A stretch of 32,000 nucleotides of DNA from Vibrio vulnificus CMCP6 (GCF_000039765.1 NC_004459.3:2061127-2093126), one strand, 5' to 3'. Numbered from the stretch's first letter, positions 8,759 through 19,972 are shown. The notes: generated from the letters alone by a model not told the origin. Made by a program: numbers and translations.

Positions 8759-9526
8759 TTATTCTACGCGACGCACTTGAATCACCATTCCAAGCAGTGG
8801 GTGATCGAGGTAGTGAGTTTCACCGCTACGCATACGGCGTTTTTGATCCATTCGATAGCTCTTTAAGAACTGCTCAACCGTCACTGTTGGTGTTACTTCG
8901 GTTAAGTTACCCAGCTGGACGTTGCCATCAACTTGACCTAACTGTTCGGCATTTTCTTCAAGCGGTGTGGCCTCTAGCGTAATTTCACGCACGCTTGGCT
9001 CTTTAAGATCCAACGCGGTTTCGATGAAAAGATAATGCTGAACATAAACCTGTAGCGTGCCGTCTAACTCGTAAAGCGGGTTGTCGATGCTCACTTCTGT
9101 AATGCCATCTAACGGTGCTTGCACAGCGGCCTGTTTTTCAGAACCGTCTGGGTTGTACTCTTTTGAGTAGTCTTTTCCTGCGCGAATACGGAAGATCGGC
9201 GCTGAACCTTTTCCTCGGTCACCTTGACGCCACGCTTTGTGCAGCAACACTTGGAAGCCAGCATGCTTCTCTAGTGCTTCTTTCTGCGATAACAGCTGGT
9301 AGCTAGAGTAAGGCAGCATAGAAACGCCTTTGCTCTGGCGGAACTGGGCATCCTGAAAATCGCCGGCATAAGTCATGGTGATCTCTGGCAATTGATTCGG
9401 CCAGGACTCATTAGTTTGCTCTGCATCTACGGCGCGTTTAAAGATGATCACTTCAACATCAAATTGTCTCTGTGCCCAAGAAGGCATTGAAACACAGAGT
9501 AGTAACAGAGGAATGAGAAATCTCAT
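8759..9526 (-). CDS. csiV: CsiV family peptidoglycan-binding protein (secreted)
   Basis: MRFLIPLLLLCVSMPSWAQRQFDVEVIIFKRAVDAEQTNESWP...; signal peptide and CsiV-type N-terminus, adjacent to mfd. Confidence 0.8.
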   Translation of the reverse strand: MRFLIPLLLLCVSMPSWAQRQFDVEVIIFKRAVDAEQTNESWPNQLPEITMTYAGDFQDAQFRQSKGVSMLPYSSYQLLSQKEALEKHAGFQVLLHKAWRQGDRGKGSAPIFRIRAGKDYSKEYNPDGSEKQAAVQAPLDGITEVSIDNPLYELDGTLQVYVQHYLFIETALDLKEPSVREITLEATPLEENAEQLGQVDGNVQLGNLTEVTPTVTVEQFLKSYRMDQKRRMRSGETHYLDHPLLGMVIQVRRVE

Positions 9527-9533
9527 GGAATAA

Positions 9534-12500
9534 CTAGCTCACTGGTAATAAATTCTGGTTAAACTCATTCAGCAAATCTTGGATAAACTGAATACGTTGG
9601 CGTCTGTCCGTCAATGGTACGCTAAACTTAAACTTAGTTGGACCTTCCATTGCAAATTTTTTCGGCTGAGATTGCAGTAGTCTAACCAAATAAGCTGGGT
9701 TTATGTCAGCGTGTGGATAAAACTCGATAAATCCACCTTTGTCGTGAGCCTCGATCTTCTTCGCCTTGATTCGGTGGGCACTCAGTTTGAGCTCCGCGAC
9801 AGCAAGAAGATTTTTCGCCGCCTCCGGTAGTAAGCCGAATCGGTCGATGAGCTCGACTTTGACTTCGTTTAGCTCTTCTAAATCGGCCACACTGGCGACG
9901 CGTTTATACATCGACAAACGTGTGTTGACGTCTGGTATATAATCGTCTGGCAGCAAGGCTGGGATACGAATTTCCACCTCAGTTTGCTCGCGAAGTAGAT
10001 CATCCAGCGCAGGTTCTTTGCCTTCTTTCAATGCTTGCACGGCTTGCTCAAGCATCTCCATATACAGCGTAAAACCGATCGATTGAATTTGACCACTTTG
10101 CTCATCACCGAGCAGTTCACCCGCACCGCGAATTTCTAGATCGTGCGTGGCGAGGGTGAAACCGGCACCCAGATCTTCCAAAGAAGCGATGGCATCCAAG
10201 CGTTTAATGGCATCTTTGGTCATGGATTTCGGGTGTGGCGTGAGCAAGTACGCGTACGCTTGGTGGTGCGAGCGACCCACACGCCCACGGAGTTGGTGCA
10301 ACTGAGCAAGCCCGAGATTGTCTGCGCGATCCATGATGATGGTGTTGGCGGTTGGCACATCGATGCCCGTCTCGATGATGGTGGTACACACCAATAAGTT
10401 AAAGCGCTGATGGTAGAAATCGTTCATCACACGCTCCAACTCGCGTTCTCTCATTTGACCGTGAGCGATGGTGACGCGTGCCTCTGGCACCAGTTTGGTC
10501 AGGTCCTCTGCAACTTTCTCAATGGTTTCGACTTGGTTGTGTAAGAAGTACACTTGTCCACCACGCATGATTTCACGCAGAATCGCTTCGCGGACCACCG
10601 CATCGTCACTTTCGCGGACAAATGTTTTGATGGCTAAACGGCGAGCGGGTGGGGTGGCAATAATCGACAAATCGCGCATGCCACTCATCGCCATGTTGAG
10701 CGTTCGCGGAATTGGGGTGGCCGTGAGGGTGAGAATGTCGACATCGGCTCTCATTGCTTTCACTTTCTCTTTTTGGCGCACACCAAAGCGATGTTCTTCA
10801 TCGACGATCAACAATCCAAGATCACTGAACTTGAGGTCGGAAGAGAGCAGTTTGTGCGTGCCCACTAAGATATCGACCTTGCCGTTGGCCACATCTTCCA
10901 TGATCTGCTTTTGTTCTTTTGCCGACTTAAAACGCGACAGTACTTCGACGCGAATTGGCAGGTTGGCAAAACGATCACGGAAGTTTTCGAAATGCTGTTG
11001 AGCAAGCAGGGTGGTCGGGACCAAAACCGCCACTTGCTTGTCGTTATCGGTGGCAACAAACGCAGCGCGCATCGCCACTTCGGTTTTACCAAAACCTACA
11101 TCACCACACACTAAGCGGTCCATGGCTTTGGCTTGACACATGTCAGACAGCACCGCGTTGATGGCCATTGATTGGTCATCAGTCTCTTCAAATGGGAAAC
11201 CCGATTTAAAGGTCGCATATTGGCCACGATCCAAAACAAATTTGTAACCCGGTTTGAGTTCACGTTTGGCATAAACGTCCAAAAGCTCAGCGGCAACGTC
11301 TCGCACTTTCTCAGCGGCTTTGCGACGTGCTCTGGTCCAAGCATCGCTGCCCAGTTTGTGAATCGGCGCGCTCTCTTCTGCACCACCAGAGTATCGACTG
11401 ATTAAGTTAAGGGAAGCAACGGGCACGTAGAGCTTAGCTTCGTTTTGGTACTCAAGCATCACGTATTCAGCCTTGATCCCGCCAGCTTCAAGGGTTTCCA
11501 GGCCAATATAACGACCAATACCGTGGTCGATGTGTACCACAGGTTGCCCAGGTTTCAGCTCCGCCAGATGACGAATCACGGTATCGCTGTTGACGTTGCG
11601 CTTATCTTTTTTGCGACGTTGGATAACGCGATCGCCAAGCAAATCGCTTTCACAAATAAAGGCGAAGTTCAGCGTGTTGTGAATAAAACCGTGCTCACTG
11701 GCGCCAATGACCAAAGTGAATTTATGGTTATGTGCAAGGGCTTCACTGACTGAGGCACAAGCGTGTGGCTTGAGCTTAACGCCCTGTAGCAACTCACTGA
11801 GCGCTTCGCGACGCCCTTCCGATTCAACGGAAAAGATGATTTTGCCTGAGAAACTTTCACTAAACTGACGCAACTGCGCCAAAGGCTCTTTATTTTGCTG
11901 TTGCACCGCGAGAGTCGGCAGTGGGCTCAATGGCTGGTTGGAACGCCCGGCTTTTTCGTCGATGGCGTCAACACACAGCCAGGTTTGGCCAAAATTTTTC
12001 AGATGCGCATACAGTTCATCTTTTTTAAGCCAAAGTTGCTCTGGTTTCAGCAGTGGGCGCAGCGGGTCGACTTTTTTCTGATCGTAGCGGTAATCCACAT
12101 CCTTTAGGAAATGATCGATGGTGGGTTCGATATCCCCCAACACCAGCAGTTGTGAATCACGATTGATGTAGTCAAACAGCGTTTCCGTTTGTTCAAAGAA
12201 AAGGGGTTGCCAGTATTCAATCCCCGCAGGCCAAACGCCTTTGCTCACCTGCATATAGACCGATTCTGGCTCACGGCGGGCATCAAATTGGCTGCGCCAG
12301 CGGATACGAAACTCTTCTATTGCCGCCTCGGTGGTTGGGAACTCGTGCGCAGGCAGTAGGCGGATCTGCTGGATCTCTTCAATTGAACGTTGATTCTCAG
12401 GGTCGAACGTGCGAATGGTGTCGATTTCATCATCAAAGAAATCGATACGGTAAGGGTCACGACTGCCCATCGGAAAGAGATCAAGAATCGAACCGCGGCT

Positions 12501-12995
12501 AGCGTATTCCCCAGGGCCAAATACTTGATCAACATGACGGTAGCCAGAGTTATCAAGTTGTAGGCGCAGTTTTTCGAGCGAGTAGCGATCACCAACATTG
12601 ACCATCAAAGTATGTTGCAGCAGAAAATCGCGTGGAGATTGACGTTGCAGTAGCGTGCTCACCGGCACAATGGTAATGCCATCGGTCTGAGAGGGAAGCT
12701 GATATAACGTGGCGATACGATCGGAAATGATCTCTTGATGAGGAGAGAAGTTATCGTATGGCAGCGTTTCCCAATCGGGGAAAATCGTCACGTGAGCGGT
12801 GTAAAACTGCTCGATCTCGCTTTGCAACTTCAGCGCGGTTTGAGGATCTGGAACAATGAGAACCGTGTGGTTGGCATGGGTATTTGCCAGTTCGGCCACA
12901 GAAAGGGCCAGTGAGGCGCCAGGCAACTGGCCCAAGTATTTTTTGTCTCCCGCCCCTTTGGGCGTGGAGACTTGTAAAATCGGTTGATAAGTCAT
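9534..12995 (-). CDS. mfd: Transcription-repair coupling factor
   Basis: 1153 aa. Contains FPDWETLPYDNFSPHQEIISDRI, VCGDVGFGKTEVAMRAAF (Walker A), DEEHRFGVRQKEK and LHQLRGRVGRS. Confidence 0.98.
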   Translation of the reverse strand: MTYQPILQVSTPKGAGDKKYLGQLPGASLALSVAELANTHANHTVLIVPDPQTALKLQSEIEQFYTAHVTIFPDWETLPYDNFSPHQEIISDRIATLYQLPSQTDGITIVPVSTLLQRQSPRDFLLQHTLMVNVGDRYSLEKLRLQLDNSGYRHVDQVFGPGEYASRGSILDLFPMGSRDPYRIDFFDDEIDTIRTFDPENQRSIEEIQQIRLLPAHEFPTTEAAIEEFRIRWRSQFDARREPESVYMQVSKGVWPAGIEYWQPLFFEQTETLFDYINRDSQLLVLGDIEPTIDHFLKDVDYRYDQKKVDPLRPLLKPEQLWLKKDELYAHLKNFGQTWLCVDAIDEKAGRSNQPLSPLPTLAVQQQNKEPLAQLRQFSESFSGKIIFSVESEGRREALSELLQGVKLKPHACASVSEALAHNHKFTLVIGASEHGFIHNTLNFAFICESDLLGDRVIQRRKKDKRNVNSDTVIRHLAELKPGQPVVHIDHGIGRYIGLETLEAGGIKAEYVMLEYQNEAKLYVPVASLNLISRYSGGAEESAPIHKLGSDAWTRARRKAAEKVRDVAAELLDVYAKRELKPGYKFVLDRGQYATFKSGFPFEETDDQSMAINAVLSDMCQAKAMDRLVCGDVGFGKTEVAMRAAFVATDNDKQVAVLVPTTLLAQQHFENFRDRFANLPIRVEVLSRFKSAKEQKQIMEDVANGKVDILVGTHKLLSSDLKFSDLGLLIVDEEHRFGVRQKEKVKAMRADVDILTLTATPIPRTLNMAMSGMRDLSIIATPPARRLAIKTFVRESDDAVVREAILREIMRGGQVYFLHNQVETIEKVAEDLTKLVPEARVTIAHGQMRERELERVMNDFYHQRFNLLVCTTIIETGIDVPTANTIIMDRADNLGLAQLHQLRGRVGRSHHQAYAYLLTPHPKSMTKDAIKRLDAIASLEDLGAGFTLATHDLEIRGAGELLGDEQSGQIQSIGFTLYMEMLEQAVQALKEGKEPALDDLLREQTEVEIRIPALLPDDYIPDVNTRLSMYKRVASVADLEELNEVKVELIDRFGLLPEAAKNLLAVAELKLSAHRIKAKKIEAHDKGGFIEFYPHADINPAYLVRLLQSQPKKFAMEGPTKFKFSVPLTDRRQRIQFIQDLLNEFNQNLLPVS

Positions 12996-13004
12996 AATCG
13001 AATG

Positions 13005-13574
13005 TTATTTGGTATCTCTTTCTAGCGAACGTTGACGCAATAGACGTTGTTGTTGGTGTAAGGCCGCTTTGATTAATAGGTCTTGGTCTGAATCGCGAAG
13101 CAATACGTACTTCATTGTTACTTCATGTTGTTGATCTTTGGCTTCGCAACTGGCGACTTGCGCGTAGCAATAAATAGCCGCAGCGGGGCTTTCTAAGAAC
13201 AGTTTCACACGTGTAGAGCGACCAATCGCCATAGTGTCGGTGGACAAAAACGAAACCTGACTGGCACCAAAACGGGTGGTTTTGAAGCGAAGGTTTTCTT
13301 GGTCTTGCTGCGATAACATAAAGCTCAACAGCAAATTGAGTTTCGAATTTTGCGCATCCAGCAGGTTGATGACGTTTTTGAGATCGCTATTTTTCAGTTC
13401 AAGTCGTGCGCTTTCGGCTAACTGATCTAATTGGCTAAATTCACTCGCCACAATAAAAGGGGCTGGAATTTCCGCTTCAAAGGCCTCTAGGGAAGGCAGC
13501 AAATAGTGTTCAGGTAACAGCTCAACGTTGATCGTCAGCGTTGAATTTACGGTAAAAAACTCTTGTTCTGTCAT
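13005..13574 (-). CDS. PilZ-domain-like protein (resembles V. cholerae PlzB by position)
   Basis: MTEQEFFTVNSTLTINVELLPEHYLLPSLEAF...LRFKTTRFGASQVSFLSTDTMAIGRSTRVKLFLES; lies between mfd and lolC. The ATG at 13574 is preferred over the track's 13673 start. Confidence 0.65.
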   Translation of the reverse strand: MTEQEFFTVNSTLTINVELLPEHYLLPSLEAFEAEIPAPFIVASEFSQLDQLAESARLELKNSDLKNVINLLDAQNSKLNLLLSFMLSQQDQENLRFKTTRFGASQVSFLSTDTMAIGRSTRVKLFLESPAAAIYCYAQVASCEAKDQQHEVTMKYVLLRDSDQDLLIKAALHQQQRLLRQRSLERDTK

Positions 13575-13839
13575 GCTGTTATTCCCTTTTTGCCGATGGG
13601 ATTCTAAATAAGAATCTACAAGCTGTTGATTATCGCCAACTGGCGACGCTTGGCAAGCGATGTTATTTCGCACACCGTGATTTTCGCAAATTCGTTTTTT
13701 AAACCGAGAGCCCTATACGTTCTGTAACACGTAAATGGGCAAATTTGCTGTTAAATCTCAGACATATGAAATATTTTAGCTATATTCGTGCCAGTTTTCT
13801 GGTTACATTAGCCCGCTGAACTTATTGACGGTTTTTAGA

Positions 13840-15045
13840 ATGTTTCATCCTGTCTCTATATTTATTGGATTGAGATACCTGCGCGGACGCTCCGGTGACA
13901 GGTTTAGCCGATTTGTCTCCTATATGTCGACAGCTGGCATCACGGTTGGCGTGATGTCATTGGTCACGGTGTTATCGGTGATGAACGGCTTTGAGGCGCA
14001 ATTGAAAGAGCGCATTTTGGGTGTGTTGCCGCAAGCGGTGGTGTCGATGGATGGTGGAAAAACGCCGCACACCACGCCGCCTGACTTTGTACGTGCCTTG
14101 TCTCCTCACTATCAACCCACACCTTTGGTACGCAGTGAAGCGGTGATTCAAAGCCCTTCACAACTTTCTGTGGGTTACTTGATCGGTATTGAGCCTTCGG
14201 CAGACGATCCGATTGAAAACCATCTCATTGCCGGCCGCTTAAGCCAATTGGAAGCCGGCAAGTATCAAGTATTTCTCGGCCACTTTTTAGCACGATCATT
14301 AAATGTTTCAATGGGCGACAAAGTCCGTTTGATGGTGACCAGTGCCAGTCAGTTTACGCCATTAGGCCGCATTCCAAGCCAACGAAATTTTACCGTTGCA
14401 GGGATGTTTAATACCGGTTCGGATATTGATGGGCAGTTGATGGTGACGCACATTGAAGACGCGGGGCGTTTATTGCGTCTTCCGTCAAAGACCATTTCTG
14501 GCTGGCGACTCTATTTTGATGATCCTTTCCAAGTGACCGAAGCGGCCAATACGCCATTGCCTGATGGTTGGCAATGGAGCGATTGGCGAGCGCAACGTGG
14601 AGAGCTTTTCCAAGCGGTAAAAATGGAAAAGAACATGATGGGCTTAATGCTTGGACTCATTGTTGCTGTGGCGGCCTTTAATATCATTTCAGCGTTGATC
14701 ATGGTGGTGATGGAGAAACAATCTGAAGTCGCGATCTTAAAAACTCAGGGTATGAACAGCTTTGGCATTATGGCCATCTTTATGGTGCAAGGTGCCAGCA
14801 GCGGTATAATTGGTTCGCTCTTCGGTGGAGCCGTTGGTGTGCTCTTATCGCAAAATCTCAATACTATTCTCGAAACCGCAGGGGTTGCTTTGTTCACCTT
14901 TGGTGGTAGCTTGCCTGTGCTGATTCAACCATTTCAAATTGTCGCTGTGGTTGTGTTAGCCGTTTTATTGAGCCTGTTGGCGACGCTTTACCCTTCTTAC
15001 CGTGCATCTTCTGTTAAACCTGCTGAGGCCCTCAGATATGAATAA
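13840..15045 (+). CDS. lolC: Lipoprotein-releasing ABC transporter permease LolC
   Basis: [61 protein letters not shown]; directly upstream of lolD. Confidence 0.93.
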   Translation: MFHPVSIFIGLRYLRGRSGDRFSRFVSYMSTAGITVGVMSLVTVLSVMNGFEAQLKERILGVLPQAVVSMDGGKTPHTTPPDFVRALSPHYQPTPLVRSEAVIQSPSQLSVGYLIGIEPSADDPIENHLIAGRLSQLEAGKYQVFLGHFLARSLNVSMGDKVRLMVTSASQFTPLGRIPSQRNFTVAGMFNTGSDIDGQLMVTHIEDAGRLLRLPSKTISGWRLYFDDPFQVTEAANTPLPDGWQWSDWRAQRGELFQAVKMEKNMMGLMLGLIVAVAAFNIISALIMVVMEKQSEVAILKTQGMNSFGIMAIFMVQGASSGIIGSLFGGAVGVLLSQNLNTILETAGVALFTFGGSLPVLIQPFQIVAVVVLAVLLSLLATLYPSYRASSVKPAEALRYE

Positions 15046-15721
15046 GCTTTTACAATGTCACCAAGTTAGCAAAATCTATCGAGAAGGGGAGTTTGAAACG
15101 GAAGTCCTCAAAGGGGTTGATTTCGAGCTAGAGCAAGGCGAGTTGGTCGCGATTGTCGGTACATCGGGGTCAGGCAAAAGTACTCTGCTGCATATTTTAG
15201 GTGCGCTTGATGATGCCACTCATGGTGAGGTCGCGTTTCTTGATTATCAGTTGTCTGCGTTAAGCGGTAATAAACAAGCACAAGTGCGCAATCAGCATCT
15301 GGGTTTTATCTATCAGTTTCACCATCTACTGGCGGATTTTACTGCAGTGGAAAATGTGGCGATGCCGTTACTGATTGGAGGGAAAAGTCCGAAGCAAGCG
15401 AAGTTAGCCGCCGAGGCATTGCTGGAAAAAGTGGGTTTGCAACATCGTATGCATCATCGTCCGTCAGAGTTGTCTGGTGGCGAACGTCAACGTGTCGCAA
15501 TTGCGCGGGCATTGGTCAATAAGCCTGCATTGGTGCTGGCGGATGAGCCTACGGGCAATTTGGACCACAAAACCGCGTTGCAAATTTACGATTTGATGCG
15601 CGAGCTCAATCGAGAATCCGGCACCGCGTTTTTAGTGGTGACGCACGATAACGAGCTCGCGGCAAAAATGGATAGAATCCTGTATATGCAAGATGGTGTG
15701 CTTGCGTCGGACAATCGTTAG
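15038..15721 (+). CDS. lolD: Lipoprotein-releasing ABC transporter ATPase LolD
   Basis: [22 protein letters not shown] (Walker A), [30 protein letters not shown] at 15038 overlaps the lolC stop. Confidence 0.97.
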   Translation: MNKLLQCHQVSKIYREGEFETEVLKGVDFELEQGELVAIVGTSGSGKSTLLHILGALDDATHGEVAFLDYQLSALSGNKQAQVRNQHLGFIYQFHHLLADFTAVENVAMPLLIGGKSPKQAKLAAEALLEKVGLQHRMHHRPSELSGGERQRVAIARALVNKPALVLADEPTGNLDHKTALQIYDLMRELNRESGTAFLVVTHDNELAAKMDRILYMQDGVLASDNR

Positions 15722-15732
15722 GAGACGGGTCG

Positions 15733-16977
15733 ATGTTTTCATCTTTGGCACTGTTGATTGGCCGTCGCTTTAGCCAAGCCAAACAACGTAACAAAATGGT
15801 GTCGTTTATTTCTCTCTCCTCGACCATCGGTATTGCGGTGGGCGTGGCGGTGATTATTATTGGTCTATCGGCAATGAATGGCTTTGAGCGCGAGTTGCAA
15901 TCTCGCGTGCTGTCGGTCATTCCACACGCGGAGCTGGAAGGCGTTCGTGCACCGGTGGAAAATTGGCAATCGGTGATGACTCAAGCGGTGGCCAACCCCA
16001 AAGTGGTGGCTGCGGCTCCTTATGTCAAATTTACCGGTTTGGTTGAGCGGGGCAACAAGCTCAAAGCGGTGGAAGTGAGAGGTGTCGAGCCAGATTTTGA
16101 ACAAGCGGTCTCGACCATGTCTCAATTTATTGACCAGCAAGCGTGGAGTCAGTTTTTACCGGGGCAAAATCAGGTCATTGTCGGGCGAGGCGTAGCAAAC
16201 GAGCTGGGTGTGGACGTTGGCGATTATGTCACCTTGTTGATTCCTCAAACCGGTGAAAGCACTAAAGTTCAAGCGCCTAAACGCGTTCGAGTCAAAGTGA
16301 CGGGTATGCTGACACTCAATGGTCAAATTGATCACAATTTAGTGTTGCTGCCGATGGCGGATGCACAGCAATACAATCATCTGGGTGAAGGTGTCACTGG
16401 CATTGCGCTGAAAACCAATGATGTGCTTAATGCACAAGCGATTGTGCGAGAAGTAGGACGACAGATTGACGTTTATGTCTACCTTCGTAGCTGGCAACAG
16501 CAGTTTGGTTTTTTGTATCGAGACATTCAACTCGTCAGAACCATCATGTACTTAGTCATGGTGCTAGTGATTGGGGTGGCGTGCTTTAACATTGTTTCCA
16601 CCTTGATGATGGCGGTGAAAGATCGTGCGAGCGAAATTGCCATTTTACGCACCATGGGGGCTGGCGATGGTTTGATTAAGCGCATTTTTGTCTGGCAAGG
16701 GGTGTTTTCTGGCGTGCTTGGCAGTGTGTTAGGCAGTGTTGTCGGTGTCTTAGTGGCGCTGAATCTTACCACTCTCATTAAGGGCCTTGAGCGAGTCATT
16801 GGTCATCAGTTTTTATCCGGTGACATTTACTTTGTCGATTTTTTGCCTTCTCAACTGCGTGTAGATGATGTGTTATTGGTGTCTGGCACGGCCATTGTTC
16901 TGAGTATTGTTGCCACTTGGTACCCAGCAGCACGGGCGGCAAAGCTTAAACCTGCCGCTGTACTGAGCAGCAAATAG
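15733..16977 (+). CDS. lolE: Lipoprotein-releasing ABC transporter permease LolE
   Basis: MFSSLALLIGRRFSQAKQRNKMVSFISLSSTIGIAVGVAVIIIGLSAMNGFERELQSRVLSVIPHAELE; C-terminal FtsX-like domain. Confidence 0.95.
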   Translation: MFSSLALLIGRRFSQAKQRNKMVSFISLSSTIGIAVGVAVIIIGLSAMNGFERELQSRVLSVIPHAELEGVRAPVENWQSVMTQAVANPKVVAAAPYVKFTGLVERGNKLKAVEVRGVEPDFEQAVSTMSQFIDQQAWSQFLPGQNQVIVGRGVANELGVDVGDYVTLLIPQTGESTKVQAPKRVRVKVTGMLTLNGQIDHNLVLLPMADAQQYNHLGEGVTGIALKTNDVLNAQAIVREVGRQIDVYVYLRSWQQQFGFLYRDIQLVRTIMYLVMVLVIGVACFNIVSTLMMAVKDRASEIAILRTMGAGDGLIKRIFVWQGVFSGVLGSVLGSVVGVLVALNLTTLIKGLERVIGHQFLSGDIYFVDFLPSQLRVDDVLLVSGTAIVLSIVATWYPAARAAKLKPAAVLSSK

Positions 16978-16997
16978 CCGACAACAGAATGATAGAT

Positions 16998-17028
16998 AAA
17001 CAAAAGGACCAGAATGGTCCTTTTGTTT
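16998..17028 (+). terminator. Terminator after lolE (possibly bidirectional)
   Basis: AAACAAAAGGACC-agaat-GGTCCTTTTGTTT, a perfect 13 bp stem with a T-rich 3' arm. Confidence 0.8.
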
Positions 17029-17172
17029 TAGGTGTCCGGTTAGCGATTGGCAACCTTGGTGTTTTTTCGTGGTCCACGAGATAAATCAAACTTTGATTAC
17101 CCGACGTTGCAATGGAAGTGGCATTTCTATCGGAAAATCACACTGACTCTCTGCAATGGAGGGTGAAGATCG

Positions 17173-17682
17173 TTATCTTGTTTGACGCTTTTGCCAACTT
17201 CTTACCACGGAATAACGCCACAAGCCTCGTATGCCAAAGTAGCCGACGATGGCAGAGACAACACCACAAATGGCGCAACCCAATAAAAATGGAGGACCAA
17301 TGGTACTCATTTGGTCGAGAATGAAATCCCAAGAGAGCTCAAAGTGAAATGGCTGCGGAGGCACGTTCATCACAAAGGCGCCGAGCTTATACGCAAAGTA
17401 GAACAGCACGGGCATGGTGACTGGGTTACTTACCCACACGAGAGCGACAGACAGTGGCAAATTTACGCCAAGAAAAATGGCTAACCCAGCAGACATGATC
17501 ATCTGGCTCGGCAGAGGGACAAACGCCATAAACAAACCAACGGCAAACGCACCCGCAGCGGAGCGACGATTCAAACACCATAGATTAGGGTTGTATAAAA
17601 CATTGCCGAACACTTTCAGCGCTTTTTGGCGTTTGATTACTTCATGGTCAGGCATAAAGCGTTTAATTAGCTTTCTAGGCAT
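17173..17682 (-). CDS. DUF2062 domain membrane protein
   Basis: MPRKLIKRFMPDHEVIKRQKALKVFGNVLYNPNLWCLNRRSAAGAFAVGLFMAFVPLPSQMIMSAGLAIFLGVNLPLSVALVWVSNPVTMPVLFYFAYKLG. Confidence 0.88.
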   Translation of the reverse strand: MPRKLIKRFMPDHEVIKRQKALKVFGNVLYNPNLWCLNRRSAAGAFAVGLFMAFVPLPSQMIMSAGLAIFLGVNLPLSVALVWVSNPVTMPVLFYFAYKLGAFVMNVPPQPFHFELSWDFILDQMSTIGPPFLLGCAICGVVSAIVGYFGIRGLWRYSVVRSWQKRQTR

Positions 17683-17690
17683 GGGACAAC

Positions 17691-19940
17691 ATGACTCTCT
17701 TAGGTAACAATTGGTTATTGGCTTCTTTTTCAGCAACCCTTATTTCGGCAAGCTACTGGCCGCTTATGCCTTCCTGGCCTTGGTTAATGCTAATTGTTGT
17801 TGCCATCTTTATCATTATTGTGCGCAAAACGTGTCGTTACTTGCTGGGGGTGACCATCGCACTTTTGATTGCCATTTCGGCTGGTAACCTTATGCAATGG
17901 CAAGTAAAGACCCTATTTCAGGCAGGGGAGAATATTACCATAAATGGCGCCGTTGACAGCCCTTTTAAGCAAATAAGTCACGGTTATGAAGGTGTTGTTA
18001 GCATCACAGCAATAAATAATAGTCATTTAGTGTGGACCCTGCGACCTAAAGTGCGTTTGATCTCACCCATTCCTCTTGGGCAGGGGGATCAAATCGTAGC
18101 GCATGTGACTCTAAAACGAGTCTATGGGTTACTCAATGAAGCAGGGTTTGATGCCGAACGTTTTGCTGTCAGCCAAGGCATCGTTGGACGGGCAACTATT
18201 GATGATTCTCGCTCTTGGCGTTTGGTCTCCGTGAAGGGAGGGCGACAAGCGCTGATCGAAAAAGCTCAGCAGCTACTGGTTCGTAGCGATCATACCGGTT
18301 ATTTACTTGGCTTAAGCTTTGGTCTTCGCGACGACATTACCGACGAGCAATGGCAGCAACTCAAGCAAAGTGGTTTGATACATCTACTTTCTATCTCAGG
18401 GCTGCACATTGGTATGGCTTTTGGTATCGGTTACTGGCTCGGGCATTGGTTGCGTTTTGGACGGCTTACTCTTGTTTGGCTGCCGTTGGCTATTGGACTG
18501 AGTCTCAGTTGGAGTTATGCGTGGCTGGCTGGTTTTACTCTGCCAACGCAAAGAGCCATTGTCTTTGTCACGTTAGTCGCCTTGTTCTCGTTTACGTCGG
18601 GGCAAGTCGGTCGTTGGACAGTCTTGCTGTTGGCACTGGCCTTTTGTCTTGCGATGTCGCCATTTTCTGCCCTTTCTACCAGTCTCTGGCTCTCGTTTCT
18701 TGCTGTCAGTTGCGTCTTTCTGGTGGTTGATCTCCGTGAGTCGTCTTCATCTTGGATTGGCAAAATGAAAAGCGTATTTTGCATCCAAGGTATGCTGCTG
18801 CTTTATCTCGCACCTGTGACTGCTTACTTCTTTTCCGGTTTGAGTCTGGCCGCCTGGCTGTATAACTTCCTGTTTATTCCCTGGTTTAGTTTGGTGGTGG
18901 TGCCTGTTATCTTTGTTGCACTCGTGCTGACTGCGCTGGATATGATGCCTGTAGCCAGTATGCTATGGCAGTTAGCGGATTTAAGTTTATGGCCATTAAC
19001 TTACGCTATGCCTTACGCCCACTTAGGTTGGTGGGGGCTGTCTTCTTTTCAGGTGGTGTTGGTCGCGTTGTGCGCGCTCGCTGTGATGCTGAGACATTTT
19101 ATTCGCTGGCAACTTTCTGTTGTTCTGATCATTTTGCTCAGCATTTCTTCACTATCGGTTCACTCTCTTTCTCGCACCCGAATTGACGTTTTAGATGTTG
19201 GCCATGGGCTCGCCGTATTGATTGAGAAAGACGGTAAAACGCTGCTTTATGACACTGGAAAGTCTTGGCATGGTGGAAGTATTGCGCAGCAAGTGATTGA
19301 GCCTATTTTATTGAGTCGGGGTAGTAGAAGCCTTGATGGGGTGATCATCAGCCATCAAGATGACGATCATGCAGGCGGCTTGCCCTATTTGCAGCAAAAC
19401 ATGCGCCCACAATGGGTAAGGAGTAGTCATTACTTGAGTGATTTTCCGTGTGTTAAAGGTCATGACTTTGAGTGGCAAGGGCTTAAAATGACCGTGCTTT
19501 GGCCGCCAAGGCAAGTGACTCGTGCCTACAATCCCCACTCCTGTGTGATTCGTATGGAGGATGAGGAAAATCAGTTTTCATTTTTGATGACTGGTGATAT
19601 TGACGCTTTGGCTGAGTGGATTCTGATTCGTGATCCTGAACAGCTAAACAGCGATGTGGTATTGGTGCCGCATCATGGCAGTCAAACTTCGTCGATTGAG
19701 CCTTTTGTGAACGCCGTCCAGGCAGGTGTGGCAATCGCCTCGTTGGCAAAAGGAAATCAGTGGGGGATGCCACAACCGAAAGTGGTCGAGACTTATCGAC
19801 GACATCGCACGCAGTGGTTTGATACTGGTGAGCTGGGTCAGATAACGTTGTATGTGGAACAGAGAAACTGGCGAATCGTCTCAAGACGCGACACTTTCAA
19901 CGCTTGGTATAGGCAGATGCTGCGTAACCAAGTAGAATAG
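17691..19940 (+). CDS. comEC: DNA internalization-related competence protein ComEC/Rec2
   Basis: [24 protein letters not shown], polytopic middle region, then a metallo-beta-lactamase-like domain [22 protein letters not shown] / [14 protein letters not shown] / [12 protein letters not shown]. Confidence 0.96.
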   Translation: MTLLGNNWLLASFSATLISASYWPLMPSWPWLMLIVVAIFIIIVRKTCRYLLGVTIALLIAISAGNLMQWQVKTLFQAGENITINGAVDSPFKQISHGYEGVVSITAINNSHLVWTLRPKVRLISPIPLGQGDQIVAHVTLKRVYGLLNEAGFDAERFAVSQGIVGRATIDDSRSWRLVSVKGGRQALIEKAQQLLVRSDHTGYLLGLSFGLRDDITDEQWQQLKQSGLIHLLSISGLHIGMAFGIGYWLGHWLRFGRLTLVWLPLAIGLSLSWSYAWLAGFTLPTQRAIVFVTLVALFSFTSGQVGRWTVLLLALAFCLAMSPFSALSTSLWLSFLAVSCVFLVVDLRESSSSWIGKMKSVFCIQGMLLLYLAPVTAYFFSGLSLAAWLYNFLFIPWFSLVVVPVIFVALVLTALDMMPVASMLWQLADLSLWPLTYAMPYAHLGWWGLSSFQVVLVALCALAVMLRHFIRWQLSVVLIILLSISSLSVHSLSRTRIDVLDVGHGLAVLIEKDGKTLLYDTGKSWHGGSIAQQVIEPILLSRGSRSLDGVIISHQDDDHAGGLPYLQQNMRPQWVRSSHYLSDFPCVKGHDFEWQGLKMTVLWPPRQVTRAYNPHSCVIRMEDEENQFSFLMTGDIDALAEWILIRDPEQLNSDVVLVPHHGSQTSSIEPFVNAVQAGVAIASLAKGNQWGMPQPKVVETYRRHRTQWFDTGELGQITLYVEQRNWRIVSRRDTFNAWYRQMLRNQVE

Positions 19941-19972
19941 CGGCCTACTTGAAGAAAAAGAATCATTCATTT

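Noticed and set aside
10468-11001. 177-aa plus-strand ORF, and several others (11172-11405, 11445-11753, 11895-12107), inside mfd
   Set aside because: Antisense shadow ORFs of a clearly coding mfd. Their sequences are low-complexity or Ser/Thr-rich, with no recognisable motif or operon logic.
17640-17720. Competence-specific CRP site upstream of comEC
   Set aside because: No TGCGA-N6-TCGCA-like palindrome is visible in the short divergent gap.
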